From Verrucomicrobiia bacterium (GTDB lineage Bacteria > Verrucomicrobiota > Verrucomicrobiia > Limisphaerales > UBA8199), in NCBI GenBank assembly GCA_035934555.1, contig DASYXT010000039.1:50643-114642 (forward strand): a stretch of 64,000 bases of DNA, written 5' to 3'. The notes under the pieces are model-generated. The model was not told where the DNA came from and did not search any database. It worked only from the letters and a program-made list of their open reading frames with translations. A program made the translations under genes and the position numbers. Below, one piece after another: positions 20,954-30,066 of this stretch; the first letter of the stretch is position 1, and every line of letters starts with the position of its first letter.

Positions 20954-22183
20954 TTAGAGGCCTCCGAGGCTCACAGCGGGCGAGGCGGAGCCCCAGCCGA
21001 CGGCGTTGTGCGCCTGCACCGTCACCGACCAGTTCGGAATGTAATCCACATTGAAGCTCGCTGTGAGCGTCGTTCCGGACACCGTCTGCGTGAATGTGCC
21101 GCCGCCGTCGCTGCCGATGATGGTGACCTGGTACTGGTCGATCGGGCTGTCGCCGGGCACCGCCGCCTGCCAGTTTGCCACGAGCGTGTCGGTGGCCGTC
21201 GTGGGGTCAAGGTTCGCCCAATCAGCCGTAACGCCGCTGGGGGCCGAAGGTGGGAGCGAGGCCGGAACCGTCGTTACACTGAGCGGAGTCGAACCCGGAC
21301 TGAGTCCACCGATGGTGGTGTTGACGACGGTGACCTGATAAGTGGTCTGGGGCTGCAGCGAGGCGATGACCCCGGTTGTAGCCGCGCCAGTGACAGTTGT
21401 CGTGAGGGTCAAACCCGGTGGGTTGAGCGGCGTCGCAGTCAGGGTCGATAAGGTGACCGCAGACGGATTGACCCCCTGCGGTGCCCAGGAAACCTGAAAC
21501 TGATCGCCCGATTGAATGGCGGTCACACCCGCCGGGGCGCCTGGGACGGGAACGATGAGATATGCGTTTGCGCCGGTATTATAAATGATGTCGCCATAAA
21601 CGTCGGTGCCGGTGAAGGGTGGGGTGCCCGTCCCGGGTGTGGTCGCGGAGAGCACGTTGCCGGCGAAGTCCCACACCACGCTCGCCGAAGCCCGATGCAC
21701 CGAAGGCGGACTGCCGGCCCGGCCGGTGCTGCAACTGGTCGAGAGGTCCACATTACCAGTCGGATAGCCACTGACCGGATCGAAGCCGGTTACCGACACC
21801 TGCTCTTGAATCCCCCCGCAGTCGTAGCCGAGAATGGCGAACGCAGCGGACTGCGACAACAGCAACCTTGTTGGAGAGGGTTGGAGCACAACCTGATAAA
21901 ACCCCTGGGCCGCCGAGATCGCATTGGTGAGCCTCAGGCTTATCACAGTTCCGTCGCCCCGGATCCCGGGCTGGAAATTGGTCCATGGGTGCGCCAAATC
22001 CGCAGACGTTTGCACTCCGTAAAAATTCGTGCTCGTCGTCGGAAACGACAAAACTAAATCGTTTCCCGATTTTGCTACGGTGAGACCGTTGAGCACCGCC
22101 AGGGTGGGAAACGGCACCACGAAGGTCGCGCCGCAGAGCAGGGCGAGAGCGGACCGGAAATGCATTCGCATAATACTTTTCAT
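20954..22183 (-). CDS. Secreted protein with an N-terminal beta-sandwich module and tandem fibronectin-III-like domains
   Basis: Signal peptide. An N-terminal module (LVLSFP...FYGVQTSADLAHPWTN...GFYQVVL) resembles the C-terminus of the gene at 57372. There are two FN3-like segments (QFQVSWAP..., YQVTVVN..., YQVTIIG...). Confidence 0.55.
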   Translation of the reverse strand: MKSIMRMHFRSALALLCGATFVVPFPTLAVLNGLTVAKSGNDLVLSFPTTSTNFYGVQTSADLAHPWTNFQPGIRGDGTVISLRLTNAISAAQGFYQVVLQPSPTRLLLSQSAAFAILGYDCGGIQEQVSVTGFDPVSGYPTGNVDLSTSCSTGRAGSPPSVHRASASVVWDFAGNVLSATTPGTGTPPFTGTDVYGDIIYNTGANAYLIVPVPGAPAGVTAIQSGDQFQVSWAPQGVNPSAVTLSTLTATPLNPPGLTLTTTVTGAATTGVIASLQPQTTYQVTVVNTTIGGLSPGSTPLSVTTVPASLPPSAPSGVTADWANLDPTTATDTLVANWQAAVPGDSPIDQYQVTIIGSDGGGTFTQTVSGTTLTASFNVDYIPNWSVTVQAHNAVGWGSASPAVSLGGL

Positions 22184-22285
22184 AAGGGAACTGTTTGAAA
22201 GTAATCCAAACAGCAGCTTAGTCAAGCGGAGCTCTAAATTTGCCTTTGGCCAGAGCGGAGTTGGAGGTTAAGTTGGGGTTCGCTG

Positions 22286-24889
22286 ATGACCAGCCAGGCA
22301 CCTCAACCCATAACCGCCGAACCGCGGCGCAATCTTCGCCATTTGATGCCGGAGCTACTCGCTCCCGCGGGCGATTGGGAGTGCGCCCGGGCTGCCGTCG
22401 AGAACGGTGCGGATGCGATTTACTTCGGGCTGGAGAAGTTCAATGCCCGCATGCGCGCGCAGAATTTTACCGAAGCGGATTTGCCGAAGTTGATGGAGTT
22501 TTTGCACCGCCGCGGAGTTAAGGGCTATGTGACGTTCAACACGCTCGTGTTTGAGAACGAGATGGTCCAGGCCACCCAATATGCGCGCGCTATCATCGCC
22601 GCGGGCGTCGATGCAGCCATCGTCCAGGACGTCGGGATTTGCCGCCTGTTGCGGCGGCTCTCGCACGATTTCCCCATCCACGTTTCGACGCAGATGACCG
22701 TCACCAGTGCGGGCGGGATTGACTTTGCTCGGGACCTGGGCTGCAACCTCGTGGTGCTCGCTCGCGAATGTTCGCTGCAGGAGCTCGAAAAGATTCAGGC
22801 TGCCCAGGCCGGCGGGAGCGCGCAGCCGCTGCCGCTCGAGGTTTTCGTGCACGGCGCGCTGTGCGTCGCCTATTCGGGCCAATGCCTCACCAGCGAAGCG
22901 CTGGGCGGGCGCTCAGCAAATCGCGGCGAGTGCGCGCAGGCCTGCCGCATGCCCTATGACCTGATCGCCGACGGGCAGCAGGTTCGCCTGGGCGACCGCA
23001 AATACTTGCTCAGTCCGCAGGACCTCGCCGGTTTGGAGCTGTTGCCGGACTTGGCGCGGCTGGGAGTTACATCGTTAAAGATCGAGGGCCGGCTCAAGTC
23101 GCCTGAGTATGTCGCGAACATCACACGGTTGTACCGCCAGGCGCTAGATAGCCTGGCCACAAACGGGAAGGGCGAGGCGGAAAACCCGGTGAGGCAAGAT
23201 GCGGCGCTGGTGGCCCGGCACGCTGGAGCACCGGCACCGGGTACACCACAATATGAAATGGAGATGGCCTTTTCCCGCGGCCTGTACACGGGCTGGTTCG
23301 GGGGCATCAACAACCAGCGACTCGTTCATGCCCACTTCGGCAAGAAGCGCGGGGTTTACCTGGGCGAAGTGACCGAGGTTCGGGCTGAGGCGATGGTGCT
23401 GCGGCTCGCGGGCCCTTTGAAGCGGGGCGACGGCGTGGTGTTCGATGCTGGCCGGCCGGAGGAAAAGGAAGAAGGCGGGCGGGTTTACCAGATCGAGCCC
23501 ATGGGGCACCGGCCAGCGGGACCGGGGAACCTGGTCGTGCTTCGTTTTGGCCACGGCGATATCGATTTTAACCGGCTGCATGTCGGCGACAAGTTATGGA
23601 AGACCAGCGACCCGGAGTTGGAGCGCCGCATACGCCAGAGTTTCGAAGGCGATTCGCCCAGGTTTGCGCGTCCGCTGCAGCTCGAAGTGCACGGCGCGGC
23701 CGGCCATCCGCTGACACTGTTGGCGAGAGATGAAGAGGGGCATGTGGCGCGGCTGGATTCTGCGATGCCGCTGGCGCAGGCAGACAACCAACCTCTGACG
23801 ACGGCGCGGCTGCGCGATCAGCTCGGCCGCCTGGGCGGCACCCCATTCAACCTGGGCGAGTTGAAGAACCTCCTGGCGGGCAGCGTTCTCTTACCCGTGA
23901 GGGAGTTGAACCGGCTCCGGCGCGCGATGGTCGAGCAACTGCTCACACTGCGCGCGCAGCCACGCCGCTGGACTTTGGCGAACGGTAATGGTGAATGTGC
24001 TACAGAACCAGCAAGCCCGGCTCAACCGGAAACGAACCGTCGGCCTGCGGCCCCGGAATTGAATGTGCTGGTCCGCAATCTCGCGCAACTCGAAGCCGTG
24101 CTGCCACTGGAAATCAGCACAATCTATTGCGAGTTCGAGGACCCGAAGAAATACCGCGAAGCAGTGAGCCGATTTCGCGCGGCCGGCGCCCGCGCCGGCT
24201 CGGCGATTTTTGTCGCCCCGCCACGCATCTTTAAAATGGGCGAGGACTGGATTTTGAACCAGGTCCGGTCCTCGGCCGCCGATGGTTACCTGGTGCGGAA
24301 TTATGATCATCTCCAGTTCTTCGCAGCCGAGCGGCGGGTGGGGGATTACTCGCTGAATGTGGCCAACCGGCTTGCTGCGGACTACTTCAAGAACCACTTT
24401 AACCTTGAGCGCGTAACGGCCTCTTACGACTTGAATTTCAACCAGCTCGAAGCCCTGTTGCAGGCGGCTCCGCCGGAATGGTTCGAGGTCACCATTCACC
24501 AGCATATGCCCATGTTTCACATGGAGCATTGCGTCTTTTGCGCGTTTCTATCGCAAGGGACCGATTACACTAACTGTGGCCGGCCGTGCGATAAACATGA
24601 CCTGAAGCTGCGCGACCGGGTCGGGGCCGAGCACCCGGTCAAGGCTGATGTCGGTTGTCGCAACACAGTGTTCAACGCGTTGGCGCAAACCGGCGCTGAG
24701 TATGTGGAAAGAATGGTGCGACTGGGCGTGCGTTATTTTCGTCTCGAATTTCTCAATGAAACGCCGGACCGCGTCGTGCGCACAGTGGAGAAGTACCGCC
24801 AATTGTTGAAGGGCCAAATTAGCGGCGCTCAGCTTTGGCGGGAACTGAAATTGTTCAACCAGCTCGGCGTCACCCGCGGGCAAATGTAA
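22286..24889 (+). CDS. Peptidase U32 family protein, long two-module form
   Basis: PELLAPAGDWECARAAVENGADAIYFG and VHGALCVAYSGQCLTS motifs, plus a second U32-like module near the C-terminus (HMEHCVFCAFLS). Possible alternative start at 22346. Confidence 0.85.
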   Translation: MTSQAPQPITAEPRRNLRHLMPELLAPAGDWECARAAVENGADAIYFGLEKFNARMRAQNFTEADLPKLMEFLHRRGVKGYVTFNTLVFENEMVQATQYARAIIAAGVDAAIVQDVGICRLLRRLSHDFPIHVSTQMTVTSAGGIDFARDLGCNLVVLARECSLQELEKIQAAQAGGSAQPLPLEVFVHGALCVAYSGQCLTSEALGGRSANRGECAQACRMPYDLIADGQQVRLGDRKYLLSPQDLAGLELLPDLARLGVTSLKIEGRLKSPEYVANITRLYRQALDSLATNGKGEAENPVRQDAALVARHAGAPAPGTPQYEMEMAFSRGLYTGWFGGINNQRLVHAHFGKKRGVYLGEVTEVRAEAMVLRLAGPLKRGDGVVFDAGRPEEKEEGGRVYQIEPMGHRPAGPGNLVVLRFGHGDIDFNRLHVGDKLWKTSDPELERRIRQSFEGDSPRFARPLQLEVHGAAGHPLTLLARDEEGHVARLDSAMPLAQADNQPLTTARLRDQLGRLGGTPFNLGELKNLLAGSVLLPVRELNRLRRAMVEQLLTLRAQPRRWTLANGNGECATEPASPAQPETNRRPAAPELNVLVRNLAQLEAVLPLEISTIYCEFEDPKKYREAVSRFRAAGARAGSAIFVAPPRIFKMGEDWILNQVRSSAADGYLVRNYDHLQFFAAERRVGDYSLNVANRLAADYFKNHFNLERVTASYDLNFNQLEALLQAAPPEWFEVTIHQHMPMFHMEHCVFCAFLSQGTDYTNCGRPCDKHDLKLRDRVGAEHPVKADVGCRNTVFNALAQTGAEYVERMVRLGVRYFRLEFLNETPDRVVRTVEKYRQLLKGQISGAQLWRELKLFNQLGVTRGQM

Positions 24890-24900
24890 GTCCGAACACC

Positions 24901-26253
24901 TCAAGCCTTCGGTTCCCAGCCGGGCTCGTATTCGCGGCGCCAGAGCTTCATCGCGTCAGCGTCGTCCTGGATATGCCCGTTGGCCGGGTCCAGGTGCAGT
25001 TCGCGGCTGACGCGCCAGGAAATGTTGCCCAGGTGCAGCATCGTCACGCTCTTATTGCCCTCGGAAATAGGCGAATTGGGCTGCTGGCCGGTGCGGACGC
25101 AATCCAGGAAGTTCTTCACATGCAAACGGTCCAGGTCCAGCCCGCTGGCGCTGACGGTATTTGTCGGATCGGCCTTGGAATTGCCTTTGACTTCTTTGAC
25201 CTTCTTCTTGTGATTATCGAAAATGGTGTAGTTGTTGCCGTCCAGCAAAGCGACCCCTTGGGTCCCGTAAATCAGGGAGCCGCGCTCCAGCCCTTCAACG
25301 GGATAGCCGTTGCAACTGCGGCCTTCCCAAGAAATGGTCTTGCCTTCGGCATAATCCCAACCGATGACCTGCGTGTCGGGCGTTTCCCAATCGTCCTGGA
25401 ACGCATACCGTCCGCCATTGGAACTGACGCGGATAGGCCAATCGACACCCAACGCCCAGCGGCATACGTCCACTTCATGGGTGCCGTTGTTGAGGGCTTC
25501 GCCGGTGCCCCAATGCCAGAACCAGTGCCAATTATAGTGGATGAGATTGCTGCGATAAGGCCGGCGCGGGGCCGGGCCTTGCCAGAGGTCGTAATCGAGC
25601 CAGCTCGGCACCGGCGCGTTGTGCCCGTGGCCAATCGAGCCGCGATGATTGGTGTACCAGGCGCGGGCGAAATACGTCTTGCCGATGAGGCCGTTGTGGA
25701 GGTCGCGTATCACCTCTTGCATGTTGGGGAATGAGCGGCGTTGGTTGCCCATTTGCACGATCTGCTTGCAATTGCTTACCGCCTGCGTCAGCAACTCGCC
25801 TTCATACGGGTTCTGGCAGCAGGGTTTTTCGACATAGACGTGCTTGCCGGCGGCCAAGGCCAGCAACGCCATCGGCGTGTGCCAATGGTCCGGCGTCGCG
25901 ATGGTGATGGCATCAACCGATTTGTCCTCAAGGATCGTGCGGAAATCCTTCGCGCCTTTCGGCGCACGTTGCTGTTTCCCGGCGGCTTTAAGACCTTTGG
26001 CCAGCGCACGCTCATCCACATCACAGATGTAGGCGATCTCCGCTTCCGGCAACCCGAGCAGGCAATCGATGTGGGCCAGCCCGCGGCCGTTGGTGCCGAT
26101 GACGGCCACCGCGAGTTTGTCGTTGGGGCCGACGGTGCGGGGAGCCGCGCTGCTCCAGCGTGTCAGGCCAGCCAGGCCAAGTCCCAGGCCGATTTGCCCC
26201 GTTTGCTTCAGAAAATTTCGCCGGTTGATGGAATCATGCATAGGATAAGACAT
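24901..26253 (-). CDS. Tat-signal Gfo/Idh/MocA family oxidoreductase
   Basis: RRNFLKQTGQIGLGLGLAG Tat motif and the NAD(P) Rossmann motif LAVAVIGTNGRGLAH. Confidence 0.85.
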   Translation of the reverse strand: MSYPMHDSINRRNFLKQTGQIGLGLGLAGLTRWSSAAPRTVGPNDKLAVAVIGTNGRGLAHIDCLLGLPEAEIAYICDVDERALAKGLKAAGKQQRAPKGAKDFRTILEDKSVDAITIATPDHWHTPMALLALAAGKHVYVEKPCCQNPYEGELLTQAVSNCKQIVQMGNQRRSFPNMQEVIRDLHNGLIGKTYFARAWYTNHRGSIGHGHNAPVPSWLDYDLWQGPAPRRPYRSNLIHYNWHWFWHWGTGEALNNGTHEVDVCRWALGVDWPIRVSSNGGRYAFQDDWETPDTQVIGWDYAEGKTISWEGRSCNGYPVEGLERGSLIYGTQGVALLDGNNYTIFDNHKKKVKEVKGNSKADPTNTVSASGLDLDRLHVKNFLDCVRTGQQPNSPISEGNKSVTMLHLGNISWRVSRELHLDPANGHIQDDADAMKLWRREYEPGWEPKA

Positions 26254-26570
26254 GGGTCATGACCCGGGAGAAGGCAAGCAAGAACAGGCGGGCGTGATGA
26301 GAGGCCAGGACCAATGCATGAAGGCTGGGGGCGGGAACCGAATGAAACAAACGAACTGTGCGGGGGGCGGGGTGTGGCGCGTTCCAACCTGCCTGTGTGG
26401 CGACGGCGCGGGGAGGACCTAGCCCTGCCGAGCTGAGAAGGCGTGAAGCGTGGGAGCGTGGGAGGGTGCAACGTGGGGGAAGGGATGCGGAGCGGGGAAC
26501 GGCAGGGCGACGGGCCGAAGCGCCTAGCCACACAGCAAACTGGATTGGGTGGTGGAGTGATGGAGTGGCG

Positions 26571-26605
26571 TTGAGCATTGAGTATTGAGCGTTGAGCATT
26601 GAGTG
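26571..26605. repeat. Five tandem heptads: TTGAGCA TTGAGTA TTGAGCG TTGAGCA TTGAGTG
   Basis: Read directly. The 7-bp period puts a TGA in all three + frames. Confidence 0.8.
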
Positions 26606-26779
26606 TTCTTGGTGGCCGGCGGTGAATTCAAAGGTGGCATTTTCCGTGCGCGCCAGGGTGCGGTTGGTGAGTTTGTCGAACCGGGCGGAGAGGGATTTCA
26701 GTGCCGCGGTGAGGAGGGCGTCGTTGGTGGAGTCGGTAAGACCGAGGCGAGATTTGAGGGCGGGGAGGGTGGTGAGCAT
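26606..26779 (-). pseudogene. Orphan fragment resembling the N-terminus of a phage gp6-like head-tail connector protein
   Basis: MLTTLPALKSRLGLTDSTNDALLTAALKSLSARFDKLTNRTLARTENATFEF fits the remembered L-K-x-x-L-R-I/L...D-x-L-L...A-A...T-x-R-x-L pattern. After about 58 aa the reading frame runs into the heptad repeat and low-complexity sequence. Confidence 0.3.
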
Positions 26780-26794
26780 GGGGGAGGGGATGGA

Positions 26795-26822
26795 TTTTTG
26801 AATTTTGAATTTTAAGTTTTGA
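26795..26822. repeat. Four tandem heptads: TTTTTGA ATTTTGA ATTTTAA GTTTTGA
   Basis: Read directly, immediately upstream (on the minus strand) of the connector-like fragment. Confidence 0.7.
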
Positions 26823-26991
26823 TTGGGTTGGCGCTCGTGGCGAGCGATGACCCGCCTTCGCTACGCTACGGCCCGGGGGATTGGAAATGTGAAATCTGTG
26901 AGTGGGTGAAGGTGTGAAAGGAAAATGGCAGATCCGAGAGGGTAAGGAGCGGCAGCGAGCGTTGGGCTGCTGCCGCTCTGGAGCGGATGGA

Positions 26992-27588
26992 CTAGCGCTT
27001 TCGTCGCGTGTAGGCGAGGGTTGCTGCGGCGAGTGCGGCGAGGGCCAGGGCTGAGGGCTCGGGCACGTAGATGCCCTCGCGGAACCAGAGGTCACTACCA
27101 CTCGCAGCGCGGCCAAGATAATAAGCATCACCGCGGTAGTAATCATAGGAACCGGCTGCGATGTTCCACTGTACCCAAGATGGCGTTTCCACAACTTCGA
27201 AGAAATACAGTGTGTCGGGAGTCAACGAAATAATGGAAGGGAAGAAGAAGTTCTCGACGCCGGTGAAACCGTTCGGCATTGCGACTGTGTCACTTGTTCC
27301 GAGAATGGTCCCGGAAAAGGAATTCGCCCGCAGGTTCAGGTGAATGGTCGTCCCCAGGCCGTCATTGGGATTGCCGTCGTTTAGATTAAGGCGGACGAAG
27401 TTTACTCCCGACAAAGTCGGGGTAAATGATTGGCCACAGGGTGCGATGGAGGGGAGTGAGCCGCCGCCACCATATCCCCATGGCGTTTCATCCGTGGAAG
27501 ACTGTTGGTCATAAAAGAATGTGCCTTGGCCGAGCGCAAGTGATACCCAAAGCAACCCGGGTAGCAAACTCGTAGCTAGTATTTTCAT
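26992..27588 (-). CDS. PEP-CTERM sorting domain-containing secreted protein
   Basis: N-terminal signal peptide. The C-terminus VPEPSALALAALAAATLAYTRRKR is PEP, then a TM helix, then a basic tail. Confidence 0.85.
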   Translation of the reverse strand: MKILATSLLPGLLWVSLALGQGTFFYDQQSSTDETPWGYGGGGSLPSIAPCGQSFTPTLSGVNFVRLNLNDGNPNDGLGTTIHLNLRANSFSGTILGTSDTVAMPNGFTGVENFFFPSIISLTPDTLYFFEVVETPSWVQWNIAAGSYDYYRGDAYYLGRAASGSDLWFREGIYVPEPSALALAALAAATLAYTRRKR

Positions 27589-27592
27589 AGGA

Positions 27593-28066
27593 CTATTGGG
27601 GAATTGGCGGAATGTCTATTGGGGCAAATGTACAGCCTTCGAAATGTCCATAGAGGTTGTTTGGCAGGCTGATACGCCATTGCCGGAAAGCGTTGTTAAC
27701 GGTGTCCCAGTGCAAAATGTAAAGATTTCCGTACCCCGGCGGCGCCTCCCCGGACTCTTCGATTAGGATATCTCCTGCGTGACCCGAGAAATACGTCCTT
27801 GAAAGCTTGAGCACCATACTCTGGGAGGAGTCCGCGCCTGACCAAAAGGCGCAATAGAGGTCCTGGTTCGTGGGAATCAGCCGGAATTGATCAGCGTTGA
27901 TTCCAAGACTGAACGGAGTCCAAAACCCGTTTGTTTGAATCGCGTAGATGGCTGCTTGTGAGTGGAGGGTGATAAGCATTGGTGCGGCAAGTGCGGCTAC
28001 TTTTCCAATCAATTTACTGATAGGTATCATTCGGATTCCTTTCTCTGCTACTCGGATTTGTTTCAT
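27593..28066 (-). CDS. Secreted hypothetical protein, co-oriented 4 bp upstream of the PEP-CTERM gene
   Basis: Signal-like segment (LIGKVAALAAPMLITLHSQA). No family recognised. Alternative start at 28030. Confidence 0.4.
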   Translation of the reverse strand: MKQIRVAEKGIRMIPISKLIGKVAALAAPMLITLHSQAAIYAIQTNGFWTPFSLGINADQFRLIPTNQDLYCAFWSGADSSQSMVLKLSRTYFSGHAGDILIEESGEAPPGYGNLYILHWDTVNNAFRQWRISLPNNLYGHFEGCTFAPIDIPPIPQ

Positions 28067-28492
28067 CCGACTTATGAGACCGCTCTGCCCTGACACTCGG
28101 GTTTGGTCAAGTGTCAAATAGCGATTTAGGGGGAGCATGGGGGGTGCCAAATGGCGCGGGAGGGATGGCACAAGGACTTACGCGGAGGGCTGGGGTTTAA
28201 ATGCGGGATTTTCGCGCAGGGTGCGTGGAGGACACGCATGAGTGCTCGTGGTGAAAGCGCCAGAGGGCTGGCGCAGTCCAAGACGCTTCGCGAAGTAGAG
28301 GGTTGGCGGAATCCATGACGGTTCCCGCCCCAGCCTTCATGCATTGGCCCTGGTGAGAGGCTGAGAGGCGTCGAGTCTTTGGCGGCCAGCCCTGTGGCGC
28401 TTTGTCTTTCTGGTTTCCGGCTGACGGTTTTCGTTCAACCTTTGACATAAGCTTGCCCGGAAAGGGAAGGCTGCTACGCTCGCGATCACTTT

Positions 28493-29902
28493 ATGAAAGC
28501 TTCCACTTCCCTGACGCGTCGTCAGTTTCTCCGCACCAGCACCGTTTGCGCCGCCGCCGTGAGCGTCTTGCCCGGCAGTGTGCTTGGCTTGAATGGAGCG
28601 ACTTCACCGAATGAGAAACTCAATTTAGCCGGGGTCGGCATCGGCGGGCAGGGCGGTTACGATCTCGAGCAACTGGAGAGCGAGAATATCGTCGCCCTGT
28701 GCGATGTGGACCAGAATCACGCGGCGCATACGTTCAAGAAGTATCCGCAGGCGAAAAAGTTCGGCGATTACCGGCGCATGCTGGACGAGATGAAGGAAAT
28801 TGATGGGGTGGTGATCGCCACGCCCGACCATCATCATGCCTTCGCTTCGGTGGCAGCCATAAACCATGGCAAGCATGTCTATTGTGAAAAGCCGCTGACG
28901 CACTCGGTTTGGGAGGCGCGGCAGGTTGCCGGGGCGGCGCACGCGGCCAAGGTCGCGACGCAAATGGGTAACCAGGGGCAGGCGTCCGACCAAACCCGCC
29001 GCCTTTGCGAGTTAGTCTGGGCTGGAGTTATTGGGCCTGTGCGCGAAGCGCATATCTGGACGGACCGTCCCTCCAACGGTTTGTTCAATGTGTACTGGCC
29101 GCAAGGCGTCGAGCGGCCCAAAGACACACCGGCGGTCCCGGCCACACTCGATTGGGATTTATGGGTCGGACCGGCCCCCGCGCGGCCGTATAACCCGGCC
29201 TATCTGCCCTTTGTGTGGCGTGGGTGGTGGGATTTCGGGACCGGCGCGCTGGGTGATATTGGCTGCCACGCGATGGACCCTCTGTTTCGCGCGCTCAAAC
29301 TGGGAGCGCCGCTGTCGGTCCAGGCCGCCTCGACCCGGGTCAACCGCGAAACCTTTCCGGTCGGTTCGATGATCACCTACGAATTCCCGGCGCGAGCGGC
29401 CGAGCCGCAGGCGATTAATTTATATACCAGGACATTGCAAGGCGCGGCGGCCGGTGGTGTCGCGATGCCGCCCTGCACTTTCCATTGGTATGACGGCGGC
29501 TTGCGGCCACCCCGGCCCGAGGGCCTGCCGGATGGCACACGCATGGGCGATAACGGCCGGCTGTTGGTTGGCGAAAAGGGCTTCCTGCTGAATAATGCGG
29601 TCTTTCCGGAATCGTTGCGGGAGCAGGCTGATGCCGTGGCGCAAACGATACCGCGCTCGCCCGGGCACCATCGGGAGTGGGTGCTCGCTTGCAAGGGCGG
29701 GCAGGCCGCCGGCTCGAACTTCGACTGGGCCGGCCCGCTGGCCGAATCGGTTTTGCTCGGTAATGTTGCGTTGCGAGTGCAACTGCGCGAAGAACTGACC
29801 TTGCACAAGCTGAACTGGAATTCAGCAGACCTCCGGGTGACAAATCTCGAGGACGCAAACCAATTCATCCGCGGCCAATACCGGGAAGGCTGGTCGCTGT
29901 GA
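28493..29902 (+). CDS. Tat-signal Gfo/Idh/MocA family oxidoreductase
   Basis: RRQFLRTSTVCAAAVSVLPG and LAGVGIGGQGGYD motifs. Confidence 0.85.
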   Translation: MKASTSLTRRQFLRTSTVCAAAVSVLPGSVLGLNGATSPNEKLNLAGVGIGGQGGYDLEQLESENIVALCDVDQNHAAHTFKKYPQAKKFGDYRRMLDEMKEIDGVVIATPDHHHAFASVAAINHGKHVYCEKPLTHSVWEARQVAGAAHAAKVATQMGNQGQASDQTRRLCELVWAGVIGPVREAHIWTDRPSNGLFNVYWPQGVERPKDTPAVPATLDWDLWVGPAPARPYNPAYLPFVWRGWWDFGTGALGDIGCHAMDPLFRALKLGAPLSVQAASTRVNRETFPVGSMITYEFPARAAEPQAINLYTRTLQGAAAGGVAMPPCTFHWYDGGLRPPRPEGLPDGTRMGDNGRLLVGEKGFLLNNAVFPESLREQADAVAQTIPRSPGHHREWVLACKGGQAAGSNFDWAGPLAESVLLGNVALRVQLREELTLHKLNWNSADLRVTNLEDANQFIRGQYREGWSL

Positions 29903-29968
29903 TATGGGCAGAGAGAAGAATCCAACTACAGATTGCACAGACGCAAGAGGCCAAATGGCTTCGCTTAA

Positions 29969-30010
29969 TTGAAAATTGAGTATTGAAAATTTTTTATTGC
30001 TTATTGAAAA
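29969..30010. repeat. Six tandem heptads: TTGAAAA TTGAGTA TTGAAAA TTTTTTA TTGCTTA TTGAAAA
   Basis: Read directly, between the convergent oxidoreductase (+) and rluD (-) genes. Confidence 0.75.
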
Positions 30011-30066
30011 ACGCCCGAGGATGACCGCAATAGCATACTCCATTCTCAATTCCCAGGGGCAACACA

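Noticed and set aside
26234-26779. The 181-aa ORF taken as a genuine full-length gene, or as evidence for a prophage.
   Set aside because: Only the first roughly 58 aa look protein-like. The rest is translated from the heptad repeat and the C-rich spacer, and it overlaps the oxidoreductase start. No other phage-like gene is nearby.
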